Positions 27,523 to 36,690 of a DNA stretch of 64,000 bases are shown piece by piece; the first letter of the stretch is position 1; every line of letters starts with the position of its first letter. Source of the stretch: Sphingomonadales bacterium (lineage in GTDB: Bacteria > Pseudomonadota > Alphaproteobacteria > Sphingomonadales > Sphingomonadaceae); assembly GCA_034668565.1 (NCBI GenBank), contig JAXDPE010000044.1, positions 997 to 64,996 on the forward strand. The letters are read 5' to 3'. Position numbers and translations under genes: made by a program. The notes below the pieces were generated by a model, which did not search any database, was not told the origin of the DNA, and saw only the letters and a list, made by a program, of their open reading frames with translations.

Positions 27523-27984
27523 ATGCCCCGCCACACCGAAACGCGGCGAATGCCCTACACGCCCGAGCAGATGTTCGATCTCGTCGCCGACGTGAAGCGC
27601 TACCAGGAATTCCTGCCCTGGGTGGCCGCGACCCGGGTGCGCTCCGACAGCGATACCCTGATGATCGCCGACCTCGTCGTCGGCTTCAAGGCGATCAAGG
27701 AGACCTTCGCCTCGCGGGTCGAGAAGCAGCGGCCGGTCCGCATCCACACCGAATATATCGAGGGTCCGCTCAAATATCTTCACAACAGCTGGGTCTTCAA
27801 GCCGGACGGGGAGGGCGGCACCGAGATCGATTTCTGCGTCGACTTCGCCTTCAGGAACCGGCTGTTCGAAAGCCTTGCCGGCCAGATGTTCGACCGCGCG
27901 CTGAGGCGGATGATCGGGGCGTTCGAGGACCGGGCGAGGGAGCTTTATGGGGAAAGCGGGTCGGACGCGCAAAGGGTGGCCTAA
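27523..27984 (+). CDS. SRPBCC-fold protein, RatA / COQ10-like
   Basis: MPYTPEQMFDLVADVKRYQEFLPW...FKAIKETFASRV matches the RatA/COQ10 (polyketide cyclase fold) family. It sits in the usual lipA-adjacent position. Confidence 0.85.
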   Translation: MPRHTETRRMPYTPEQMFDLVADVKRYQEFLPWVAATRVRSDSDTLMIADLVVGFKAIKETFASRVEKQRPVRIHTEYIEGPLKYLHNSWVFKPDGEGGTEIDFCVDFAFRNRLFESLAGQMFDRALRRMIGAFEDRARELYGESGSDAQRVA

Positions 27985-27986
27985 AG

Positions 27987-28069
27987 CCGTCATCCCGGCG
28001 AAAGCCGGGACCCCAGAACGAGAAGTCTCCACGGGTCTCCCCGAGGCCCCGGCTTTCGCCGGGGTGACG
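27987..28069. repeat. palindromic MITE-like element, family B
   Basis: CCGTCATCCCGGCGAAAGCCGGGACCCC ... GGCCCCGGCTTTCGCCGGGGTGACG, between convergent stops. Confidence 0.85.
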
Positions 28070-28070
28070 A

Positions 28071-28604
28071 TCAGCCGTCGGCCCCGCTCTCCACAGGCAT
28101 CAGCAGCTCCAGCGCGCAGAGCGCCGCCTCAAGCCGCACTCCGCCGCGGCCGCGGTCGCCGAAATGCCTGGTGTCGGCGACGATCTCCTTGGGGTCGGCG
28201 CCGCGGCGGGCCCGCGCGAAGATCACGGTCCCAACCGGTTTCTTGTCGCTTCCGCCGCCCGGTCCGGCGATCCCGGTGACCGCCACTGCGGTGTCGGCGG
28301 CGGTGCGCTTCAGGGCCCCCTGCGCCATCCCCCAGGCGACGGCGATCGAGACCGCCCCGAACGTCTCGACGACGTCCTCGCTGATCCCGAGCAAGGCTAT
28401 TTTCGACTCGTTCGAATAAGTGATGAAGCCGGCTTCGAGGACGTCCGACGATCCGGGAATCTCGGTCAAGGCGGCCGCGACGAGGCCGCCGGTGCAGCTC
28501 TCGGCCACCGCCAGCCTCAGCCCGGCGGCCCGGCTGGCCTCGACCACCCGGCGCGCCGCATCGAGCAGCTCGGGGGGAAGGACGGAGTCGCGCGTCTCGC
28601 TCAC
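28071..28604 (-). CDS. CinA-family nicotinamide-nucleotide amidohydrolase (PncC-like, C-terminal domain type)
   Basis: LAVAESCTGGLVAAALTEIPGSS and VTGIAGPGGG motifs. GTG 28602-28604 overlaps the upstream stop (GTGA). Confidence 0.85.
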   Translation of the reverse strand: MSETRDSVLPPELLDAARRVVEASRAAGLRLAVAESCTGGLVAAALTEIPGSSDVLEAGFITYSNESKIALLGISEDVVETFGAVSIAVAWGMAQGALKRTAADTAVAVTGIAGPGGGSDKKPVGTVIFARARRGADPKEIVADTRHFGDRGRGGVRLEAALCALELLMPVESGADG

Positions 28605-29128
28605 GGGCGGGTCGCGGGACACATGAAGGGGCGCTTGCCCTTCTTCCCGGCCGCCGCCGCTTTGCCGTCTTCCTCGCTCGCGATCTCGACGGCGAGGACG
28701 ACGAGCCCCGCCAGGTTTTGCGGGGGAAGGGGCGAAAGCAGGTCCGCGGCGCGGTTGATCCGCCCACATTGCGCCTGGCCGCCCTTGGCCGCCAGCCCGG
28801 CGGCGGCGAGATCGTGGAGCAGGCCCCGGGCCGTCGTCTCGCTAAGCCCGGCCGGGAACTTGTCGCCGGCCATCGTCGAAAGGGTCGAGCTGGCCCGGGC
28901 CCAGCGGGCCGAGCTTTCCGACGCAACCGTCCGGGCCAGAGCCCGGCCCTCGTTCACGAGATAGGCATCCGCGGGAAGCGCGGGAGCGCAGGCGGTCGCG
29001 GCGGCTTCGAGCAGCGGCGGCAATGCGAACAGCGCCATGTCCTCGACCTGGGCCTGGGTGAGGCAGGGGGGCGCCGCCGGCTGGGCGGGCGCGGTGGCGA
29101 GCATTGCGGCGATGAGGGCTGATTTCAC
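28601..29128 (-). CDS. hypothetical exported protein (between ispDF and cinA)
   Basis: MKSALIAAMLATAPAQP signal-like N-terminus, 175 aa, Cys at 4 positions. Start and stop are both in GTGA overlaps with the neighbours. Confidence 0.55.
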   Translation of the reverse strand: MKSALIAAMLATAPAQPAAPPCLTQAQVEDMALFALPPLLEAAATACAPALPADAYLVNEGRALARTVASESSARWARASSTLSTMAGDKFPAGLSETTARGLLHDLAAAGLAAKGGQAQCGRINRAADLLSPLPPQNLAGLVVLAVEIASEEDGKAAAAGKKGKRPFMCPATRP

Positions 29129-30282
29129 GAATATTCCTCCGGGAGTCGGACAGTGGCGATCGCCTGGGCGGCCATGCCTTCGCCGCGTCCGGTGAAGCCG
29201 AGGCGCTCGGTGGTCGTGGCCTTGATGCTAACCCGCTCCGGAGAAAGCCGCAACAACGCCGCGACCGAGGCCCGGATCGCCTCGCGATGCGGCCCGATTC
29301 GGGGCGCCTCGCAGATCAAGGTGGCGTCGACATGGTCGATCCGGCCGCCGCGCGCCTCAATGAGGGCCCGCGCATGCTCGACGAAGCGGGCGGAAGCGGC
29401 GCGGCGCCATTGCGGGTCGCTGGGCGGGAAATGGTCGCCGATGTCGCCGGCGCCGATCGCTCCGAGCAGGGCGTCGGTGATCGCGTGGAGGAGCACGTCG
29501 GCGTCGCTATGGCCCTTGAGCCCGCGCTCGCTCGGGATGAGCAGCCCGCCCAGCCACAGCTTTTCGCCGGCCGCGAAGGCGTGGACGTCGAAGCCCATTC
29601 CGGTTCGGCTCGTCATCGCCGCCGCCAGCCGGGCCTCGGCCCGGGCGAAATCCTCGTCATGGGTGATCTTGTCGAGTGCTTCCTCTCCGGCGACCGTCGC
29701 GACTTTGAGCCCGGCGGCGCGGGCGACCTGGGCGTCGTCGGTGGCGGCCGGGCCGCTCCATTGGCGATGCGCGGTGAGGATCGCCTCGAAGCGGAAGGCC
29801 TGCGGGGTCTGTACCCGCACCAGGCCCTCGCGGCTCACCGGATCGCCGAGCGCGCCGTCGGCGCGGGCGAGCGTGTCGACCACCGGAAGCACCGGCACCG
29901 CGCCGTCGGCTCCGGCCAGAGCGTCCCGAAGCCGGGCGACGACCGCCGCCGGGAGGAAAGGACGGGCGGCGTCGTGGATGAAGACCAGGTTCGCCCCGCC
30001 TTCGGCCGCGATCGCTTCCAGCCCGTTGCGGACGCTGTCCTGCCGTTCGCCGCCGCCGGCGACCGGGGAGGGGAGGGCCCGGCTTCCGATCGCCGCGAAG
30101 TAGAGCGCCTCCTGGCCGGAGCCGATCACGACCCGGATCTCGCTCATTCCGGAACGCTCCAGCCCTTCCAGGGCATGGACCAGCAGGGGCTTGCCGGCGA
30201 GACGGCGATATTGCTTGGGCAGCCCGCCGCCGGCGCGGCTCCCGCTCCCCGCCGCGACCACCAGGGCGACCATCCTCTCCAT
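29125..30282 (-). CDS. ispDF: bifunctional 2-C-methyl-D-erythritol 4-phosphate cytidylyltransferase / 2,4-cyclodiphosphate synthase
   Basis: The IspD part (VVAAGSGSRAG, VLVHDAARPF-like IHDAARPFL) is fused to the IspF part (GFDVHAF, GHSDADVLLHAITDALLGA). Start is ATG 30282 or 30273. Confidence 0.93.
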   Translation of the reverse strand: MERMVALVVAAGSGSRAGGGLPKQYRRLAGKPLLVHALEGLERSGMSEIRVVIGSGQEALYFAAIGSRALPSPVAGGGERQDSVRNGLEAIAAEGGANLVFIHDAARPFLPAAVVARLRDALAGADGAVPVLPVVDTLARADGALGDPVSREGLVRVQTPQAFRFEAILTAHRQWSGPAATDDAQVARAAGLKVATVAGEEALDKITHDEDFARAEARLAAAMTSRTGMGFDVHAFAAGEKLWLGGLLIPSERGLKGHSDADVLLHAITDALLGAIGAGDIGDHFPPSDPQWRRAASARFVEHARALIEARGGRIDHVDATLICEAPRIGPHREAIRASVAALLRLSPERVSIKATTTERLGFTGRGEGMAAQAIATVRLPEEYS

Positions 30283-30384
30283 CGAGGAGCGTCCTAGAAC
30301 ATTGGCGGCCGAATTGTACCCCAATAGCGTCGCCACCCTCGTCATTCCGGCCCTTCGACGCCGCCTGCGGCGGCGCTCAGGATA

Positions 30385-30481
30385 AACTTCGGCGAAGCCG
30401 AAGGCCGGAATCCATGAACACGGCCGGTCGACATCCTGACACGCCGGTGTTCATGGATCCCGGCCTTCGCCGGGATGACGG
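30385..30481. repeat. short palindromic element (CCGGCCTTCGCCGGG arms, nested GAACACCGGCG hairpin)
   Basis: ...GGCGAAGCCGAAGGCCGGAATCCATGAACACGGCC ... CGCCGGTGTTCATGGATCCCGGCCTTCGCCGGGATGACGG. Confidence 0.65.
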
Positions 30482-30535
30482 CTCCTGCCGCCCACCTTGC
30501 CCGCCGGCGCCTTTGCCCTTATCTCCCGGCCTCCC

Positions 30536-31534
30536 ATGAACAAAGTCGCGCCCATCCAGATCGGCCCCGTCCGGATCTCGTCGCCGGTCATCCTGGCGCC
30601 GATGACGGGCGTCACCGACCGGCCGTTCCGAAAGGCGGTCAAGCGCTACGGCGCCGGGCTCACCGTCACCGAGATGATCGCCAGCCAGGCGATGATCCGC
30701 AAGACCCGCCAGTCGCTCCGGAAAGCCGACTGGGACCCGATCGAGGATCCGGTCTCGATGCAGCTCGCCGGCTGCACTCCGCTCGAAATGGCCGAGGCGG
30801 CGAAGCTCAACGAGGATCGCGGCGCGGCGATCATCGACATCAACATGGGCTGCCCGGTCCGCAAGGTCGTCAACGGCGACGCCGGCTCGGCGCTGATGCG
30901 AGACTTGAAGCTGGCGGCCGAAATCGTTGATTCGACGGTGAAAGCCGTGAAGGTCCCGGTCACGCTCAAGATGCGCATGGGCTGGGACCATTCGAGCCTG
31001 AACGCCCCCGAGCTCGCCCGGATCGCCGTCGATCTCGGCGTCCGGATGATCACCGTCCACGGCCGCACCCGCAACCAGATGTACAAGGGCGAGGCCGACT
31101 GGGCCTTCGTCCGCCGGGTCAAGGAGGCGGTCGAGGTGCCCGTCATCGTCAACGGCGACATCTGCACCCTCGACGACGTCGAGACGGCGCTCGCCCAGTC
31201 GGGTGCCGACGGCGTGATGATCGGCCGAGGCGCCTACGGCCGCCCCTGGCTTCTCGCCCAGGCGATGCACTGGCTGGCGACCGGCGAGCGCCTCCCCGAT
31301 CCCAGCCTCGACGAGCAGTTCGCGGTGCTGATCGAGCAATATCGCGACATGCTCACGCTCTACGGTCCGGAGGTCGGCGTGAACTGCGCCCGCAAGCACG
31401 TCGGCTGGTATACTCGCGGCCTCCACGGCAGCGCCGAGTTCCGCAACGCCTTCAACAAGGAAGGCGATGCGAAGCGGGCCGAGGCGATGCTGTATGAGTT
31501 TTATGCGCCGTGGCCGAACCGCGCCGCCGCCTGA
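30536..31534 (+). CDS. dusB: tRNA-dihydrouridine synthase B
   Basis: [25 protein letters not shown] and TVHGRTR motifs. ATG at 30536. In the usual position upstream of ntrY/ntrX. Confidence 0.93.
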   Translation: MNKVAPIQIGPVRISSPVILAPMTGVTDRPFRKAVKRYGAGLTVTEMIASQAMIRKTRQSLRKADWDPIEDPVSMQLAGCTPLEMAEAAKLNEDRGAAIIDINMGCPVRKVVNGDAGSALMRDLKLAAEIVDSTVKAVKVPVTLKMRMGWDHSSLNAPELARIAVDLGVRMITVHGRTRNQMYKGEADWAFVRRVKEAVEVPVIVNGDICTLDDVETALAQSGADGVMIGRGAYGRPWLLAQAMHWLATGERLPDPSLDEQFAVLIEQYRDMLTLYGPEVGVNCARKHVGWYTRGLHGSAEFRNAFNKEGDAKRAEAMLYEFYAPWPNRAAA

Positions 31535-31551
31535 ACTGCACGGAAACAGCT

Positions 31552-31576
31552 CGGCCCGACGACAATCTTCGGGCCG
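31552..31576. terminator. 8-bp GC-rich hairpin between the convergent dusB and small ORF
   Basis: CGGCCCGA-CGACAATCT-TCGGGCCG. There is no strong T-tract, so function as a terminator is uncertain. Confidence 0.3.
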
Positions 31577-31594
31577 CCAGACTGCCTACGAATT

Positions 31595-31744
31595 TTATGG
31601 GATTTGTGTGCAGCCGTCTGGGGTGCAGTAAAAAGTCATGCAACCGCTCTCATTACAGATTGTGATTAATCTGCCTGTCCGCTGTGCATAGGTCGGCGCC
31701 AAGGGCAACGCCAAGGCCACTAATGCGAAAAGAGCCTTTCTCAT
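31595..31744 (-). CDS. candidate small secreted cysteine-rich peptide (49 aa; below the ORF-track cutoff)
   Basis: My translation: MRKALFALVALALPLAPTYAQRTGRLITICNESGCMTFYCTPDGCTQIP*. GGGGA lies 7 nt before the ATG. Signal-peptide-like N-terminus with TYA-Q site, and a regular CX4CX4CX4C spacing. Confidence 0.45.
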   Translation of the reverse strand: MRKALFALVALALPLAPTYAQRTGRLITICNESGCMTFYCTPDGCTQIP

Positions 31745-31824
31745 ATCTAATTCCCCATTGATTAGAGCTCAAATGCCCTGAGGCAATGTGACATAAGATT
31801 CTTATTGCTTCAACAGATCAGTTA

Positions 31825-32006
31825 CTGGCTCGGGCGTTACCGCAGCGCGATTGGAATGAACTGTGCCCGCACGCATGTCGACTGGCACATCTCCGGGTTT
31901 CAGGGCTCGGCCGAGTTCCGCAACGCCTTCAACAAGGAAGGCGAAGCGGGCGGAGGCGATGCTCTACGAGTTTTACGCGCCCTGGCTGAGCCGGGCGGCG
32001 GCTTAG
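31825..32006 (+). pseudogene. decayed duplicate of the dusB 3' end
   Basis: [32 protein letters not shown] parallels dus[34 protein letters not shown] 35-nt identical core (GCCGAGTTCCGCAACGCCTTCAACAAGGAAGGCGA) is followed by a 5-nt deletion that shifts the frame. Confidence 0.75.
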
Positions 32007-32032
32007 CGCATCGGGCGCTGAAATCCGCATCG

Positions 32033-32119
32033 CCGTCATGCCGGGCTTGACCCAGCATCCACCTTCTTCCGGACACTGGCGGAAAGAAAGGTGGACCCCG
32101 GGTCAAGCCCGGGGTGACG
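32033..32119. repeat. palindromic MITE-like element, family C
   Basis: CCGTCATGCCGGGCTTGACCCAGCATCC ... GGACCCCGGGTCAAGCCCGGGGTGACG. Confidence 0.8.
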
Positions 32120-32235
32120 ATCCAGGTTCTGCGCATTCCATCCTTGCGGCTCCATCCGTCCGCACTGCGGCCAAAGGAGCCTTTGACGCTACATACTGTG
32201 TTCTTTTTGCCACAATGTTGTGGTAGCGCGGTTGT

Positions 32236-34512
32236 GTGAACGCGGAACTTCCGATCCTCCCCGAATCCAACCCAAGGTGGCGCCGGCGGCTTTCGGTGGC
32301 ATTGAGGCGCGGACGTTTCATGCCGCTGGTCGAGGCTGCGACCCTGATCGCGCTACTTGCCGTGGCGACAGTCAGCTACTTCATCATCACCGAGGAAGGG
32401 TCGCCGGAAACGCTGCTGACCCCGCCCATGGTCGCGGCCCTGCTGGTGGCGAACCTCGTGCCGGCGATGGCGCTGATGGTCCTAGTGGCGCGCCGCTTGG
32501 CCATGCGCCGAGCGGCGGAGTCGCCGATCGGGGGCAGGGGACGATTGCACGTCAGGCTAGTGGCGCTATTCTCGGTCATCGCCAGCGTACCGACCCTGCT
32601 CGTCGTGATCTTCGCATCCTTGCTGTTCCAGAGCGGACTGAATTTCTGGCTATCGAACCGTGCGCAGACTGTGATCAAAAATGCTCAGGAGGTGGCAACC
32701 CACTACCGAAATGATCAGCGCAACGAAGTTCAGCTCGAAGTTCAGACCATGGGTAAGGACGTCGTGGGATGGGTCAACGAGCGTGGGTTCGACGATCCGC
32801 AGTTCGACGATTTCATGGTCGATCAAACCTCTCGACGTTATCTCCTCGAGACTGCACTTCTAACGATAACCCGCACCGGAGAGATCCAGATGCAGGGCGG
32901 GGTGAATTTGTATGATCGGCCGCTCGAGGATCGTTTTCCCGCGTCTACCTTGACGAAATTGAAGGCGGGGCAGGCAATAGCGAAAGAGGCAGGCGGCGAT
33001 CGAGTCGAAGCGGTTGTCCGGTTAGACCCGCAAGCGCTGGTATTCGTCTACGGGGCTCGCAAGGTAAATGCGCGGCTCCTGAAGCTGGCCGAAGAAGCTC
33101 AGAGCGCGGCCAGCGACTATCAGAAGACGCTCGCGCGAGCGCGCACTCTGCAGTTCCGGTTCAACGGTATAATGCTGCTTGTGTCGCTGCTGATCGTGGG
33201 TCTTTCCATCTGGATCGCTCTCAAGCTGGCCGATCGCCTGGTTCGGCCGGTCGGCGAGTTGGTCGATGCCGCCCGGCGGATCACCGCGGGCGATCTCACC
33301 ACCCGAGTCACCGCCGGCGAGCTGACCAGTCGGGTCACCGGCATGCGCGTGCAAGACGAGATCGGCATATTAGGGCGGGCGTTCAACCGGATGACCAAGC
33401 GCCTGGAGGAACAGACCGGCGATCTCGTTTCCGCCAACGCCCAGCTGGAAAGCCGACGCACCTTCATCGAGGCCGTGCTGTCCGGGGTGACCGCCGGTAT
33501 CATATCGGTCGATCAGGAGCGAAACGTCCGCCTCATCAACAGCTCGGCCGAGGCGTTGCTCAAGACCGAGCGGGGCCAGGCCGTCGGCCACAAGCTCGCC
33601 GAGCTCGCGCCGGAGCTCGACGCCCATCTCGACGGCGATCTGCGCGAGGACATCATCCAGTTCGCGTCCGGGGGCGAGCCGCGTACACTGGCCGTCAAGC
33701 GGGTGCGCGTGGAAGGAGGGCACGTCCTCACCTTCGACGACATCACCGAGCAATTGCTCGACCAGCGCCGGGCCGCCTGGTCGGACGTCGCCCGGCGGAT
33801 CGCCCACGAGATCCGCAACCCGCTGACCCCGATCCAGCTCGCCGCCGAACGGCTGCAGAGGCGCTACGGCAAGGAGATCACGTCCGACGCGGGAACGTTC
33901 GAGAAGCTCACCGGCACGATCATCCGCCAGGTCGGCGACCTTCGCCGGATGGTCGACGAATTCTCGTCATTCGCGCGGATGCCCAAGCCGGTCTTCCGCG
34001 AAGAGAAGATCGCCGACATCGTCGGGGAATCGCTCTTCCTCCATCAGGTCGCCCATCCCGACATCGCCTTCAGGCTCGACTCGCCCGATCCTTCGCCTCT
34101 GCTCGTCTGCGACCGCCGCCAGCTCGGCCAGGCGCTGACCAACGTCATCAAGAACGCGGTCGAGGCGATCCAGCAAAAGCGGGAGGACGGACGCAAGAGC
34201 GGCGACGACCGGGTCGCGGTCGCCATCCGCGACACCGAGAACCGGATCGTGATCGAGGTCGCCGACACCGGCATCGGCCTGCCCGCCGAGCGCGGCCGGC
34301 TGACCGAGCCCTATATGACGACCCGAGTGAAGGGCACCGGCCTCGGCCTCGCCATCGTCAAGAAGATCGTCGAGGAGCATTTCGGCAATATCGAGTTCGA
34401 CGATTCGGCCGGGGGCGGCACGCTCGTCAGGCTCGTCTTCGACGCCGAAGCCCTCGCCCGACTCGCCGGCGCCGCCGCCGAGCAACCCCAGAGCATATCG
34501 GCAGACGGATAG
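32236..34512 (+). CDS. ntrY: two-component sensor histidine kinase NtrY
   Basis: N-terminal TM block, HAMP, PAS, H-box AHEIRNPLTPIQLAAERL, and an ATPase domain with GTGLGLAIVKKIVEEH. The GTG 32236 start is uncertain, with an alternative ATG at 32320. Confidence 0.9.
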   Translation: MNAELPILPESNPRWRRRLSVALRRGRFMPLVEAATLIALLAVATVSYFIITEEGSPETLLTPPMVAALLVANLVPAMALMVLVARRLAMRRAAESPIGGRGRLHVRLVALFSVIASVPTLLVVIFASLLFQSGLNFWLSNRAQTVIKNAQEVATHYRNDQRNEVQLEVQTMGKDVVGWVNERGFDDPQFDDFMVDQTSRRYLLETALLTITRTGEIQMQGGVNLYDRPLEDRFPASTLTKLKAGQAIAKEAGGDRVEAVVRLDPQALVFVYGARKVNARLLKLAEEAQSAASDYQKTLARARTLQFRFNGIMLLVSLLIVGLSIWIALKLADRLVRPVGELVDAARRITAGDLTTRVTAGELTSRVTGMRVQDEIGILGRAFNRMTKRLEEQTGDLVSANAQLESRRTFIEAVLSGVTAGIISVDQERNVRLINSSAEALLKTERGQAVGHKLAELAPELDAHLDGDLREDIIQFASGGEPRTLAVKRVRVEGGHVLTFDDITEQLLDQRRAAWSDVARRIAHEIRNPLTPIQLAAERLQRRYGKEITSDAGTFEKLTGTIIRQVGDLRRMVDEFSSFARMPKPVFREEKIADIVGESLFLHQVAHPDIAFRLDSPDPSPLLVCDRRQLGQALTNVIKNAVEAIQQKREDGRKSGDDRVAVAIRDTENRIVIEVADTGIGLPAERGRLTEPYMTTRVKGTGLGLAIVKKIVEEHFGNIEFDDSAGGGTLVRLVFDAEALARLAGAAAEQPQSISADG

Positions 34513-34515
34513 ATC

Positions 34516-35904
<1,389 letters not shown>

Positions 35905-35990
35905 CCGTCATTGCGAGGAGCGAAGCGACGCGGCAATCCAGCTTCCGGCCTCGGCGCCACTGGATTGCTTCGCTGCGCTCGCAATGACGG
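35905..35990. repeat. palindromic MITE/REP-like element, family A
   Basis: Starts 1 nt after the ntrX stop, with the same arms as 4961-5053 and 37947-38032. Confidence 0.85.
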
Positions 35991-36124
35991 GAGAGGGGGG
36001 GCTAAGCTGGCGCCCGGCCTCCACCGATGCTATTGTTTCCGGCAAGGCTGCGCTCCACATTATGAACGACGCCCTTCGCGGGCGCCTGAAGCGGACAACG
36101 ATCCGCCAATAAGGAGAGTGGGAT

Positions 36125-36622
36125 ATGGCCGACAAGGTCAACAACCTCCAGGATCTGTTCCTGAACGGCCTTCGCCGGTCGAAGACTCCGGTGACCATGT
36201 TCCTGGTCAAGGGCGTGAAGCTGCAGGGCATCATAACCTGGTTCGACAATTTCTCGGTGCTCCTGCGCCGGGACGGCCAGGCCCAGCTCATCTACAAGCA
36301 CGCCATCTCGACGATCATGCCCGCCCATCCGATCGACATGGGCGAGATCGAGCGCGCCTTCGACGAAGGCGGCGCCGTCAAGAAGCCGGCCTTGCTCCAG
36401 GAAGCCTTTCTCGGCGCCGTCCGCCGCTCGGGCGAGCCGGTCACCATGTTTCTGGTCAACGGCGTGATGCTTCAGGGAGAAATCGCCGCCTTCGATCTGT
36501 TCTGCATGCTACTCCAGCGCGACGGCCTGTCGCAGCTCGTCTACAAGCACGCCATCTCGACCGTGCAGCCGGAACGGCCTGTGAGCTTCATGGAGCAGGA
36601 TGACGAGGAGCCGGCCGCCTGA
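36125..36622 (+). CDS. hfq: RNA chaperone Hfq, tandem two-domain form
   Basis: Two complete Sm-like modules: [57 protein letters not shown] and [57 protein letters not shown]. Confidence 0.9.
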   Translation: MADKVNNLQDLFLNGLRRSKTPVTMFLVKGVKLQGIITWFDNFSVLLRRDGQAQLIYKHAISTIMPAHPIDMGEIERAFDEGGAVKKPALLQEAFLGAVRRSGEPVTMFLVNGVMLQGEIAAFDLFCMLLQRDGLSQLVYKHAISTVQPERPVSFMEQDDEEPAA

Positions 36623-36690
36623 GTTTCACCGAACATTCTTCCGACGGCGAGTTCAGCCGCGGCGCCAGGGCGATCGTCGCCCTTCCCGAC

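Noticed and set aside
27523-27984. RatA-family gene considered as part of a type II toxin-antitoxin module.
   Set aside because: No small antitoxin ORF is adjacent on either side. The gene sits in the conserved lipA-adjacent position and looks like the housekeeping SRPBCC/COQ10-type protein.
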